Shown piece by piece: positions 30,186-40,100 of a DNA stretch of 64,000 nucleotides. Every line of letters starts with the position of its first letter. Position 1 is the stretch's first letter. Below the pieces are notes generated by a model that was not told the origin of the DNA, ran no database searches, and was given only the letters and a program-made list of their open reading frames with translations. The translations under genes and the position numbers were made by a program. This DNA comes from a virus (lineage: Duplodnaviria; Caudoviricetes), in IMG/VR virus record IMGVR_UViG_3300027914_001163, positions 64,001-128,000 of that record; one strand, 5' to 3'.

Positions 30186-31864
30186 GCGACATGAAAGTAT
30201 TTGTGAAAGGTGTTGGCGAGGAACAACTGGATAAGCGTCACTATGTTTCGGCTGGTGGCGAAGGAACGGTGTATGTCAAGGGAAACACGGCATATAAACT
30301 TTATATTAAGCCAGAGAGATGTATTCATGAAGCCAAGGTCATGGAGTTGGCTCCGCTGACGTTGCCGAACATTATCAAGCCGGAGCACATGATACTTGAT
30401 GCGAAAAATTCTCCTATCGGTTATACGATGCACTTTATCAAGCATACAGTAACGCTTTGCCAATTATTTACCAAGTCATTTAAAGATCGTAATCGTATAG
30501 GCTCCGCTGAGATCGTTGACCTGGTGCTGAAGTTTCGTGCCGGAGTTGATCACTGTCATCAACATAATGTTCTCGTGGTTGATATGAACGAATTGAATTT
30601 CCTGGTAGACAAGAATACGTTTAAGGAAATTTATTTTATAGATGTTGATTCATATCAAACGAAATCATATCCGGCGACAGCGATCATGGATTCAATACGA
30701 GATCGCCACTGTGAAAAATTCGATTCCAATTCTGACTGGTTCTCGTTTGGTATATTAACTTTTCAAATGTTTACCGGTATGCATCCCTATAAAGGAAAGC
30801 ATGACAAATATCTTGATCTTGAAACACGGATGCAGTGTAATGTTTCCGTGCTCAATTCCGCAGTCAGGGTTCCGCCGACGATGATTGATCCAAAATCTGT
30901 GATACCGGATAGTTATTTGTCTTGGTATCGTGAGGTATTTGAAAATGGAAAAAGAATTCCTTTTCCCCTGCGCCCGGACCAAGTGGTGTATATTGCACCG
31001 GTTGCCCAAGTTCTTGTTTCTGGAACGGATATGTTTATTGTGAAAAAGATAATTGAGTTTAAAGGTAATATCATTAACTACAAATATATCAACAACAAAC
31101 AGATGGTACTTACCGATGTTGGTTTGTTTCTGGATGATGTCTTCGATGGTAATGTGGCTCCCTATGCACAGATTGCTGTAACTCCAAAATTTCAGAAAGT
31201 TATTACGGCAATTACTAAAAATGGAAAACTTGGATTATATGATGTGGTAATGGGGAAACATCTTAATGTTAACTTTGATGCCGCAGAAGTTTTTTCATAT
31301 GATGGGAGATTGTATTTCTTGAACAACGAAATGATTATGGAAGTGCAGTTTTCGGAAATATCTCAAAGCAACATGACCGTTGGTATTGTTCCAGTGTGCA
31401 ACGTTCTTCCCAATGCCACGCAGATATTTGAAGGGGTTGTCTTCCAGAATCTTCTTGATATGTATTATGTATCGATCTTTCCCAAGGAAGGAATTCATCA
31501 GCAGATTAAACTTCCAGAGTTGCAAAAATACCGATTGATCGATGCGAAATTTGAAAATAATGTTCTTATGGTATTGGCAGAACAAGCCGGAACATATGAG
31601 AAGTTTATTTTCCATTTTAAACAGGATTATACTTATACTCTCAGGAAAGTTATGTTAGGAAAAATTGCTTCGGATATAAATTTCACTGTTCTGGATACCG
31701 GTCTTGCAATCCAGGCGACCGATTCCGAGGTTGAATTGTTTACGGCGCACCAGGTCAAAACGATCAGCAGCGATACGTTATATCAGACACAATTATTTCA
31801 TCGTGGAACAGAAGTGTTATTTGCTAAAGGGAATGAACTGTATTCCATTACCATGAAGAAGTAA
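30182..31864 (+). CDS. Ser/Thr protein kinase with C-terminal beta-rich domain
   Basis: GGEGTVY, AYKLY, VDMNELNFLV, IDVDSY, DWFSF, HPYKG. Confidence 0.88.
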   Translation: MSDMKVFVKGVGEEQLDKRHYVSAGGEGTVYVKGNTAYKLYIKPERCIHEAKVMELAPLTLPNIIKPEHMILDAKNSPIGYTMHFIKHTVTLCQLFTKSFKDRNRIGSAEIVDLVLKFRAGVDHCHQHNVLVVDMNELNFLVDKNTFKEIYFIDVDSYQTKSYPATAIMDSIRDRHCEKFDSNSDWFSFGILTFQMFTGMHPYKGKHDKYLDLETRMQCNVSVLNSAVRVPPTMIDPKSVIPDSYLSWYREVFENGKRIPFPLRPDQVVYIAPVAQVLVSGTDMFIVKKIIEFKGNIINYKYINNKQMVLTDVGLFLDDVFDGNVAPYAQIAVTPKFQKVITAITKNGKLGLYDVVMGKHLNVNFDAAEVFSYDGRLYFLNNEMIMEVQFSEISQSNMTVGIVPVCNVLPNATQIFEGVVFQNLLDMYYVSIFPKEGIHQQIKLPELQKYRLIDAKFENNVLMVLAEQAGTYEKFIFHFKQDYTYTLRKVMLGKIASDINFTVLDTGLAIQATDSEVELFTAHQVKTISSDTLYQTQLFHRGTEVLFAKGNELYSITMKK

Positions 31865-33118
31865 TGAAAAAAATAATAAATGTAAAATATATCTCGCAAC
31901 GAGATACCAATAGTTCATCCTTTGCAACATGCGCTGCGATGATGATTCAGTTTATTAAGGATAAGGAGGAAGAGGAACATGTCACTGGAAAAAATATCAA
32001 ATGAAAAAACAATTCAATATTGGAATCGGTATGAAGAACTAAAAAGAAGATTTTTAGATCAGGGAGCCATTATTCAAAATCCAGATATGGAACTTTCCCT
32101 GGATGATTTGAAACAGTTCGTTGTAAGAACAAATAAATTTATTGAAGATTTTAAACAATGGAGACAGGAGGTTGTTAATTCACTTCTGGTAGGAGATATA
32201 GAATGAAATGCGCAATTGTTATGGCAGATGGTCTTAAACAGATCATGTTCTCACCGGAGAACGATATGGAGCGCATGGCTCTCAAGATGATTACGCCGGA
32301 GGACAATATATCTATTGAAATAAAAGAAGGAACGTTTTTCGAAGGAGATATGCCGAAGTCTGCCTTGGGGTATCGTGTTGAAAAATGTCAAGGCGGTTAT
32401 CATCGTGCCTATCGAGATTCTGATTCACTGATGTTGGTTTTACGGAGAAAATCACAGGAGGAAATGTAAATGAAACCGTTTGGAAAAAGAACAAAAAAAT
32501 CAAAAGTCGTATCTGAGTTGATACTTCATATTAAGGTTTATGATAACAATGAAGGAGCGACTGTAGAAGTAGAAAGAAAAAAAATGTCAATTGGAGAATC
32601 TGTTGGCTTGTTGGAATTTGCAAAAACAAAAATGATGTTGCAGGAAATGTAATGGCTGACATCAGCATGTGCTTTTTTAAATCGTGCGCTTCAAAAATGA
32701 AGTGCTATCGGTATACGGCCATTACTGGACAATGGCAATCTTTTATGTCCTTTGAAGAGACATATACTGAAAAGAAAAAAAAGTGCAAAGACTTCAGGAG
32801 CAATCGTTATTATTTTGACCGGATTAAATTGTGGAATAAACAGCGAGAGGAATGGATGGCGAGTGTACAAAAAATAAGTATTAAAGAATTTATGACAGTT
32901 AAATTTTCCGGCCAGGAAACTTCAGATAGATGTGAACAATGCGGAAGTAAAATAATTAAATCTGAAAATGGAAAATGGTGCTCAAATGACGATTGTACAT
33001 GGAGTGATAACGACTTTTTTGAGCATTTTTTGACCCAACAAAAAAAGAAAAAAAAATAATTTTTGCACGAATTTTTTTCATAAAAAGTTGACAAATTATC
33101 ATACCTTACGATAGAAAT

Positions 33119-33155
33119 CTTGCAACAGGGTAAAGATTTGAATGTTGGTTACAAT
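33119..33155 (+). repeat. solitary copy of the CRISPR repeat
   Basis: CTTGCAACAGGGTAAAGATTTGAATGTTGGTTACAAT: first 32 nt identical to the array repeat, 34/37 overall. Confidence 0.92.
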
Positions 33156-33399
33156 GGGAGGAAACGATAATGTTAAAAGGATTGTTACACGGTCTTCTGG
33201 TCGGTGCTATTATAGCACTCATTTTGACTGCGCTGTGTTGCCAGACTCAAAAAGAGAAACCATCCGGACCTTTTAAGACTGCGGAATGGAAAGACTGTTT
33301 TGAGGAATGCAAATCTTCGCTTCCAAAGAATCTGTCCATTTCAGATTTTGATAATGGCGAGATTAAAAAAATGAATCCAGATGAACTCTGTGTTCGTTT

Positions 33400-34191
33400 T
33401 TGCACACAGGCATTATATCATCGTCGGGGTATTCAGTGAGAATCATTTCAGATTTTCATGATTATTACGATAATGTTCAGTCATACGGACAGGATCGTTC
33501 TCTGGTATATTTACGAAAAGAAAAGGTGATCGAGAACTTTGACACCAGAGAACTTCCTTCCCTGGCTGAATTGTTTGAGAAATTTTCATGGCTTCATACG
33601 CATCATCTTGACAGCCTGTATAGCATCAGGCCGTGTTTAATAGGTTTCTGCGGTAAGTGGTATCCATATATTGATTTCAGTTCCGATTATGAAAAGACCG
33701 CTCACGAAACCGCTTTCAATGCGTATGATGTATTGCAGTTTTTGCAATCTCCTGAACATTTCAAGAAGGAAATGGTTGAGAATTTTCTTGAGGTTGAAAA
33801 AAAGCGCACCAAGTTTTATGGCAAGGTTCAAAGACGGAAAACTAAATATCGGCTTCATTTTACATTTGATGATCTGGATGATTTTTTCAAAAAAAACCAT
33901 ATCATAGAAAAAGAACTTGACTTTTTTTTCAGACACCGATGTCCTATTTTTATCATTGAGAGTTTGGATAAAAGAAGGATAGAATATAATTTGATTTTGC
34001 ATCCGAACCTTTTTAAGAGGAATTTTCAAAGAGAGATTGACCCTTATACCGCCTTCCAGGAATTGAGCATGTTTATCTCAGGAAGGCTTGGAGTTGGGGA
34101 GCCGGTCACTGTGAATATCAGCAACGAGGCTATGATTGAAAAGAAAGGATTCGATAAGTGGTCATTCAGAACAATGCCAACCAAAAAATGA
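33400..34191 (+). CDS. hypothetical phage protein (start probably near 33437)
   Basis: Long ORF. Confidence 0.6.
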   Translation: MHTGIISSSGYSVRIISDFHDYYDNVQSYGQDRSLVYLRKEKVIENFDTRELPSLAELFEKFSWLHTHHLDSLYSIRPCLIGFCGKWYPYIDFSSDYEKTAHETAFNAYDVLQFLQSPEHFKKEMVENFLEVEKKRTKFYGKVQRRKTKYRLHFTFDDLDDFFKKNHIIEKELDFFFRHRCPIFIIESLDKRRIEYNLILHPNLFKRNFQREIDPYTAFQELSMFISGRLGVGEPVTVNISNEAMIEKKGFDKWSFRTMPTKK

Positions 34192-35020
34192 GAAATGCGA
34201 ACACGAAGATGGTGGTTGGTGCAGGAATGAGAAAAGGTGCAAGCATCGTCATGTAGCATATTCGATTGGACCTCTCGGTGGTATCAGTCGTAAAAATAAA
34301 GGATACGTTTGTGAGTTGGCACTATGAAATATTTAATTTTTACAATGATGATCGGTTTGATGCTTGGCGGTTGTTATCCTGAACAAAGAGACGTTCAGGA
34401 TGAAGTATATACGTTGGCAAAAAAGGCGTATGAGTTGGGTTACAGACAATCATGCGCTGACAATAATAAACCCTGCGATCAATATGAAGAGCGTCAGGCA
34501 AAATTTAATACAATGATGGAGCGATAATATGATAGCGTTAGTAATTGGTTCGTTTATTCTTGCAATTATCTGTGCCGGTCCTTTTATTGAGAAAGACAGC
34601 CCGATTATGAATTACATGTCTGTGCCGGTGTTTTTGATTGTGCTTGGTTTTGGTGTTCTGATGTCAACAGGAGGATGCTATCAAGCCAGCATTGTTGAGG
34701 TTGAAGAAATGAAGGCTCAACAGATCAACATACTATCCAATTACCGGACACTGGCGCAACAACTGAATCAAGTCGCCGTGGTGAAAACAAATGGTGATAA
34801 AATCCTGGTTGATCTTCCAAACGCATACCAGAGCACCAACGCTTCCAAAGCTGCTGAAAGTTGGATTGATTCTGCCAATAAATTTAATAAAGATTTGGCT
34901 CATGAGATCGGTATTCGTAAAATGAATTGGATGGGGAAACTGTGGTATGGTTGGCGGTGTCCTCTTGATAAGGAATTACGGTACATTGAAATAAAAGAAC
35001 TGGTTGAAAGAAAATAACAT

Positions 35021-35092
35021 TGAGCGGTAGCCAAGCGGTAAGGCATCGGGTTTTGGTCTCGACATCCGAGGGTTCGAATCCTTCCCGCTCAG
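35021..35092 (+). tRNA. tRNA-Gln(TTG)
   Basis: Cloverleaf; TGAGCGG/CCGCTCA acceptor stem; TTCGAAT T-loop; no CCA. Confidence 0.9.
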
Positions 35093-35647
35093 ATCGGAAA
35101 AGAAATGAATATAGATTTTAAAAAATTATCACAGTCAGAAGGATACAAGAGGTTAAAGGCTTCGGTATTGTATGATTGCTATGAGCGTGGTAAGAAGAAG
35201 TGTTTTCGAACAACCGGATGCGATAAAAAACCTGGATGTTCTCATCGGTATTGCGATCAGTTCAAGTATGTCATTGACTTGGTTCGAAAATGCGCACATC
35301 AGACAGGGCTTGATCCTGTTGATATATTGAATGGTTGGGAGAAAGACAGGACGTGTTGGTATATGAATTTTTACCAAGCATGTTATGAGAAAAGATTATT
35401 TAGTCTATCGGTAGAAAACGCCGTGGCCTTCAATGGCGCAGTAGACACATCTGTAAGTTCAACACTCGACGGAGATATGGTTCAGAAGTAGGAGCGTTGT
35501 CTGAAAATGAACCGGAGGCTCTTGATTGGTGTGGGGATTCTGGCAAACAACGATAACTCCAGAGTTGAAACATCTTGAGTAGACTCGTCCGAAGACCTGG
35601 ACGGCTAACGTGATGACAGTTTGTTGAACAAGGACTCGATGTTATGT

Positions 35648-35680
35648 CTTGCAACAGGGTTAAGATTTTTTTGTTGTAAT
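35648..35680 (+). repeat. degenerate solitary CRISPR repeat copy
   Basis: CTTGCAACAGGGTTAAGATTT (20/21 to repeat nt 1-21), then shortened, ending GTTGTAAT. Confidence 0.75.
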
Positions 35681-35711
35681 AATGGTTCATCGGAATAAAA
35701 AACCATTTTAA

Positions 35712-35786
35712 CGGGGTGTAGCGCAGTCCGGTCAGCGCACTTGATTTGGGTTCAAGTTGTCGAGAGTTCGAATCTCTCCACCCCGA
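35712..35786 (+). tRNA. tRNA-Pro(TGG)
   Basis: CGGGGTG/CACCCCG acceptor; CTTGA-TTTGGGT-TCAAG anticodon arm. Confidence 0.9.
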
Positions 35787-35795
35787 AATTGTTTT

Positions 35796-35867
35796 GCGGA
35801 TGTAACCCAACGGTAGGGCATATGATTTCCAATCATATCATTGTGCGTTCGAGTCGCATCATCCGCT
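35796..35867 (+). tRNA. tRNA-Gly(TCC)
   Basis: GCGGATG/CATCCGC acceptor; TATGA-TTTCCAA-TCATA anticodon arm. Confidence 0.88.
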
Positions 35868-35870
35868 CAT

Positions 35871-35943
35871 GGGGTTGTCGTCTAATTGGTTAGGACAGCG
35901 GTTTTTCGAACCGTCAACCAGAGTTCAAATCTCTGCAACCCTA
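35871..35943 (+). tRNA. tRNA-Glu(TTC)
   Basis: GGGGTTG/CAACCCT acceptor; GCGGT-TTTTCGA-ACCGT anticodon arm. Confidence 0.88.
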
Positions 35944-35954
35944 ATGCTTAGAAT

Positions 35955-36345
35955 ATGCACCGGAAGCCGGAGAGTTGTAATTCCAAAGGAAGCCGTTTGA
36001 TCAACGGTGGATGGGACTCGGTGATGGAGCCGGTATTACAGTTTTAAGCCGTATACGATAGTGTCTACCTTCGACGTGGAAGGCTCGACTTGGAGAGAGT
36101 AAACATTCCGATCCAAGGAGCCAACGTTGGCTGCCGGTGGGTCTCGATTGGAGAACCAGACTCGGTAAGTGCGTTGGACATCGGAAAAGGGTATCCAGGT
36201 TTAAAATTAATGCAGGGATTGAGGCGACTCCCGGTTCTTTTAGATTATAAGAAAATCTCCAATTACTGAACCGAAAGCCTTTACCTCAACGTAGTAAATT
36301 GAGGATTATCGTATCCAGGTTTTTGTGAGGCTTCCTGGTAAATAA
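35955..36345 (+). ncRNA. candidate large structured ncRNA (unassigned family)
   Basis: No convincing ORF, end-to-end pairing, multiple nested helices and a pseudoknot-like pairing. Confidence 0.6.
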
Positions 36346-36358
36346 AAAGCCAAGGTAT

Positions 36359-36435
36359 AGCGGGGTAGACCAGTTGGTAAGTCGGCTGGCTCATAACCAG
36401 TGTCAATATCGTCGGTTCGAACCCGACCCCCGCAA
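36359..36435 (+). tRNA. tRNA-Met(CAT), possibly initiator-like
   Basis: CAT anticodon; 1:72 mismatch; GCGGGG/CCCCGC. Confidence 0.85.
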
Positions 36436-36455
36436 ATTTTAAAAAGAGATAGTAA

Positions 36456-37064
36456 ATGAACCGTAGCGAAGCAGGAAAATTAGGAGCATTAAAATCTAAA
36501 CCTATATTGCAAAAACGTTTTGATAATATCAAAAAACAATATTATCATAATCCAAAAGTTTGTAAAAGTTGTAAAACAATTTTGCAATATCATCAACGAG
36601 ATAATACATTTTGTACTAAATCTTGTGCTGCTCAATTTTATAATGTTAAAAGAGGAAAAAAAACTAAAACTGAAAAGTATTGTTTAAATTGTGGAAAATT
36701 AGTAAAAGTTAAATATTGTAATAATACTTGTCGGGCTGAATACAAATGGAAACAATTATGTATTGAAATAGAAAATAAGAAACAATTTCCTTATAACAAA
36801 AACACTAATGATACAAACAGAAAAATAGTTAAAAAATATTTAACAGAAAAATTTGGAGATAAGTGTTTTATTTGTGGAATTACTAAATGGAATAATAAAG
36901 ATTTAATTAAGATTATAGATCATATTGACGGCGATACGCATAATCATAAAGTAGAAAATTTTAGATTGGTATGTAGTAATTGTGATAGTCAATTGGAAAC
37001 TTATAAATCTAAAAATAAAAAAGGAAAACGTTCTTGGAGAAAAAAATACGCCTCTGTAGTTTAA
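36456..37064 (+). CDS. HNH homing endonuclease with zinc-binding repeats
   Basis: CxxC repeats; IDHIDGDTHNHKVENFRLVCSNC; very AT-rich. Confidence 0.88.
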   Translation: MNRSEAGKLGALKSKPILQKRFDNIKKQYYHNPKVCKSCKTILQYHQRDNTFCTKSCAAQFYNVKRGKKTKTEKYCLNCGKLVKVKYCNNTCRAEYKWKQLCIEIENKKQFPYNKNTNDTNRKIVKKYLTEKFGDKCFICGITKWNNKDLIKIIDHIDGDTHNHKVENFRLVCSNCDSQLETYKSKNKKGKRSWRKKYASVV

Positions 37065-37122
37065 ATGGATAGAACGACTGATTTGTAATCAGTAAATTTC
37101 GGATCGTACCCGAATGGAGGCT
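37050..37122 (+). tRNA. tRNA-Thr(TGT)
   Basis: GCCTCTG/TGGAGGC acceptor; ACTGA-TTTGTAA-TCAGT anticodon arm; atypical ATCGTAC T-loop. Confidence 0.8.
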
Positions 37123-37126
37123 ATAT

Positions 37127-37200
37127 TCTGCGGTAGCTCAGTTGGTAGTAGCAATTGACTGTTAATCAATGGGTCGGAAGTTCGAATCTTCCCCGCAGAG
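37127..37200 (+). tRNA. tRNA-Asn(GTT)
   Basis: TCTGCGG/CCGCAGA acceptor; ATTGA-CTGTTAA-TCAAT anticodon arm. Confidence 0.92.
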
Positions 37201-37205
37201 CATAA

Positions 37206-37278
37206 AGGGGTTTGCGAGTAGTGGTAGCCGGTCGGTCTCCAAAACCGTACAGCACGGGTTCGAATCCTGTAGCCCCTG
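37206..37278 (+). tRNA. tRNA-Trp(CCA)
   Basis: AGGGGTT/AGCCCCT acceptor; CGGT-CTCCAAA-ACCG anticodon arm. Confidence 0.82.
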
Positions 37279-39743
37279 AAAAACAACAAGGAGCGAGTAT
37301 ATGAATGAAACAGCGTGGACTTTATTTCTTCTTTATATTTTTCCATTAGCCCTGTGTCAAATTATCAGAATTGAGTTATCTGACATCACCAGGTACTCAA
37401 TCGGTTGGGTTGACGATGAACCAAAACTCGATGAATCTCAAAAGCGTTCATTGCGGGAATTCTTCGGGCTTATCCAACATCCTGCCTTTTCCATTGCTAT
37501 CTTTATGCCCATGCTCAATCTTTTATTCTTGGGAACATTGGCATTTATGTGGTATAAGTGCCGGAGAAAGAAATGAGGTTGTTCCATCGTAATAAACGTC
37601 CTGAAACTCCCAAGCCATCATTTCATCCGGCAGCTCAAGAAGCACGTTTGAAATTGGCGGAACACCAAGCAAGTTGTTGGGATAAAAGTATGTCATCGAT
37701 TGATATACAAGAAGTCAATTCTGAAGTTTATTATATGGAAAGATTTGATTTTCCTATTTCATATGAAGATCAATCGCCAACGCAGTGTATTGGAGAGGTA
37801 AAAAGGCAATACTTTGATTTTATTATAACGTTGAGCGACACGGCTATGTTGTTGAAAGCACCACAAGTCAGTCTGGATGAAATGATTCGACATTCACTTC
37901 CGCCACGTTATCATAATGCCGAGTTGCAAATTGTTCATTTGAATCAACAAGACTATATGAATCGGTTGCGTAAATTCGGCGTGAGAGTAATTGGTTATAA
38001 AGATCACGGTCATATCGAACAGTCTATTGTGAAAAAAGTTGTTAAAAAGATTGCCATACCTGAATATTGTAATGGGTGTGGCAGTCCTGAAATTATAAAA
38101 GGCAAGTGTCAACATTGCGGAAGGAGTTATGTATGATGTTAGATTGTTTTAGCCGTTCGGTTGATCAAAAAAAGAAAAAAAATCATATAGATTACGGTTT
38201 TGCTGATTTGCTTGTTGGCAAAAAAATTGTTCACGCAGAAGGAAAGATGGATTATGGCGGCAATGTGCTTCCAGATCAGTTTTTGACATTGACATTTGAT
38301 ACTGGCGATGTTCTTAATATTAAATTTGAGAGAGTGAGATATTCTTTTAAAAACAAAAAAGAACGTATTAAAGAAATCCATACTGAGATAATAAAAATCA
38401 GTCACGAGCATGAACGTCTGTGCAAGGAATTAAATAAATTATTATAAAGGAGAATGAGATGAAAAAGTTTTTTGTTATAATGATTATCTGCCTGGTGGGA
38501 ATGGTGTCATGCAAGTTTGACAAAACGACATTGTATGCGCCAGGGGATGTAGCGCAAATCGAGGCTGACCGTCTCGATAATATTCTTGAGGAATCACGTA
38601 AATGTGTTAAAATGAATATGACTTACGTGGTTGAAAGAATTCAGCATGAAAATGGAGATTCATATAATGTTTTCTGCACAGGGAAACTACAGGAATCTCA
38701 AAAATGCAATTGTAAATGTAAATAAGGAGAACGCCATGAACGAACAAGAAAAGAAGAAAAAAGACGAAGAGGAAGAAGCAGAGAGGAGAAGGAGGCAGCG
38801 ACACACCGATGATATGCTGACTGATATAATCAATCCGGCAAATCCTTTAAGCCCTCTGAATCCAATTAACACAATCAACACGTTGCTATAAGGAGCCAGA
38901 CAATGGGAAAAAATCCGACTGAAGAAAAAAACCAGAATAAGAAAGTGGACGTTAACGCTCCCAAGAATACATTGTTCATTACGCACTACATCAAGAAGAA
39001 TGGCAATGTTGGCATGAGAAAACAATTCAAAAAGGTGTAACTATGCATGGGAATAAACCTCGTGAGATCATGGTGTTTGAAGTCTTTAGGCTTGAAGATT
39101 ATATAATTGAAAAGATCAAAAAGGCTTTAACACCATACGACCCGAAAAATAAACCTGGTTCTTATTACCGTGAAACTGATGATAAGGGAATGGTAACGGA
39201 CAGATACTTTTCGGTTGATGCCGGAAACGGAAGTAGTATGTATGATCTGGATGATCTATATTATTATTCTCCAACACGAAAAGATTTGGTTTATGTTGAA
39301 GAAGAACTTGAGGTTCTGGACACAATTAACAAGGCAACTGATTTGCTACTTCGTGTTGTGGAGCATGGAGAGTGGCTTGAAGAAGTCATTAGCAACATTG
39401 GTATTTCTGATCTTGCTTTCGACATGATGCCGGAGTTGCGTAAGCGATATGATTTCGTTTTTCTGGTTAACAATCAGGATACTCGAATTCATATATCTCC
39501 GATGTATATATCCGAAAAAATTTATACGGTATGGGAATTCTGGTCTTCCTATGATGCATACAACGGAGAGTACGATAGCGGTGAAGACTTTGTTGGCATT
39601 TTCGACCTGTACAGTATTTTCCAGAAGGACAACAGGAATGGATAGTAACTCATTCGGAACAAACGCTGACCTTTTTTGTAAAAGTTGTGGCGAGATTGAT
39701 TATTCATCTCGTGATCATTGTAGATTCTGTGGAGCGCAAAGAA

Positions 39744-40100
39744 ATGAAGGAACTTCTGTTCTCAGTAACAAAAAAAGATTTGGATATTCAATTCTACAAA
39801 TCTTCAGGAAAGGGCGGTCAAAACCGGAACAAACGTGAGACTGCCGTGCGTATTGTTCATAAGGACAGCGGGGTTACGGTAGTCTGCGCCGATGAACGAA
39901 ATCAACATCAAAATCTCATGGTTGCATTTCGAAGACTGTGCGATCATCCAAAATTCAAATCCTGGTTGCACATTGAAGCTGCCAGGAAAATGAGAGATCA
40001 AAGTGAAATAAAACGCCAGATCGAAAAACAGGTTGATGAAGATATGGCGGAGAAAAATTTAAAAGTTGAATATTATGAGCCAGAGGGGGAAGAGGCATGA
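39744..40100 (+). CDS. stand-alone RF-1-domain peptidyl-tRNA hydrolase (ArfB/PrfH-like)
   Basis: SSGKGGQNRNKRETAVRIVH...ERNQHQN. Confidence 0.88.
   Translation: MKELLFSVTKKDLDIQFYKSSGKGGQNRNKRETAVRIVHKDSGVTVVCADERNQHQNLMVAFRRLCDHPKFKSWLHIEAARKMRDQSEIKRQIEKQVDEDMAEKNLKVEYYEPEGEEA

Noticed and set aside
35530-35580. tmRNA tag-like frame (ANNDNSRVETS*)
   Set aside because: No tRNA-like acceptor or T-arm ends, and the peptide lacks an Ala-Ala-type C-terminus
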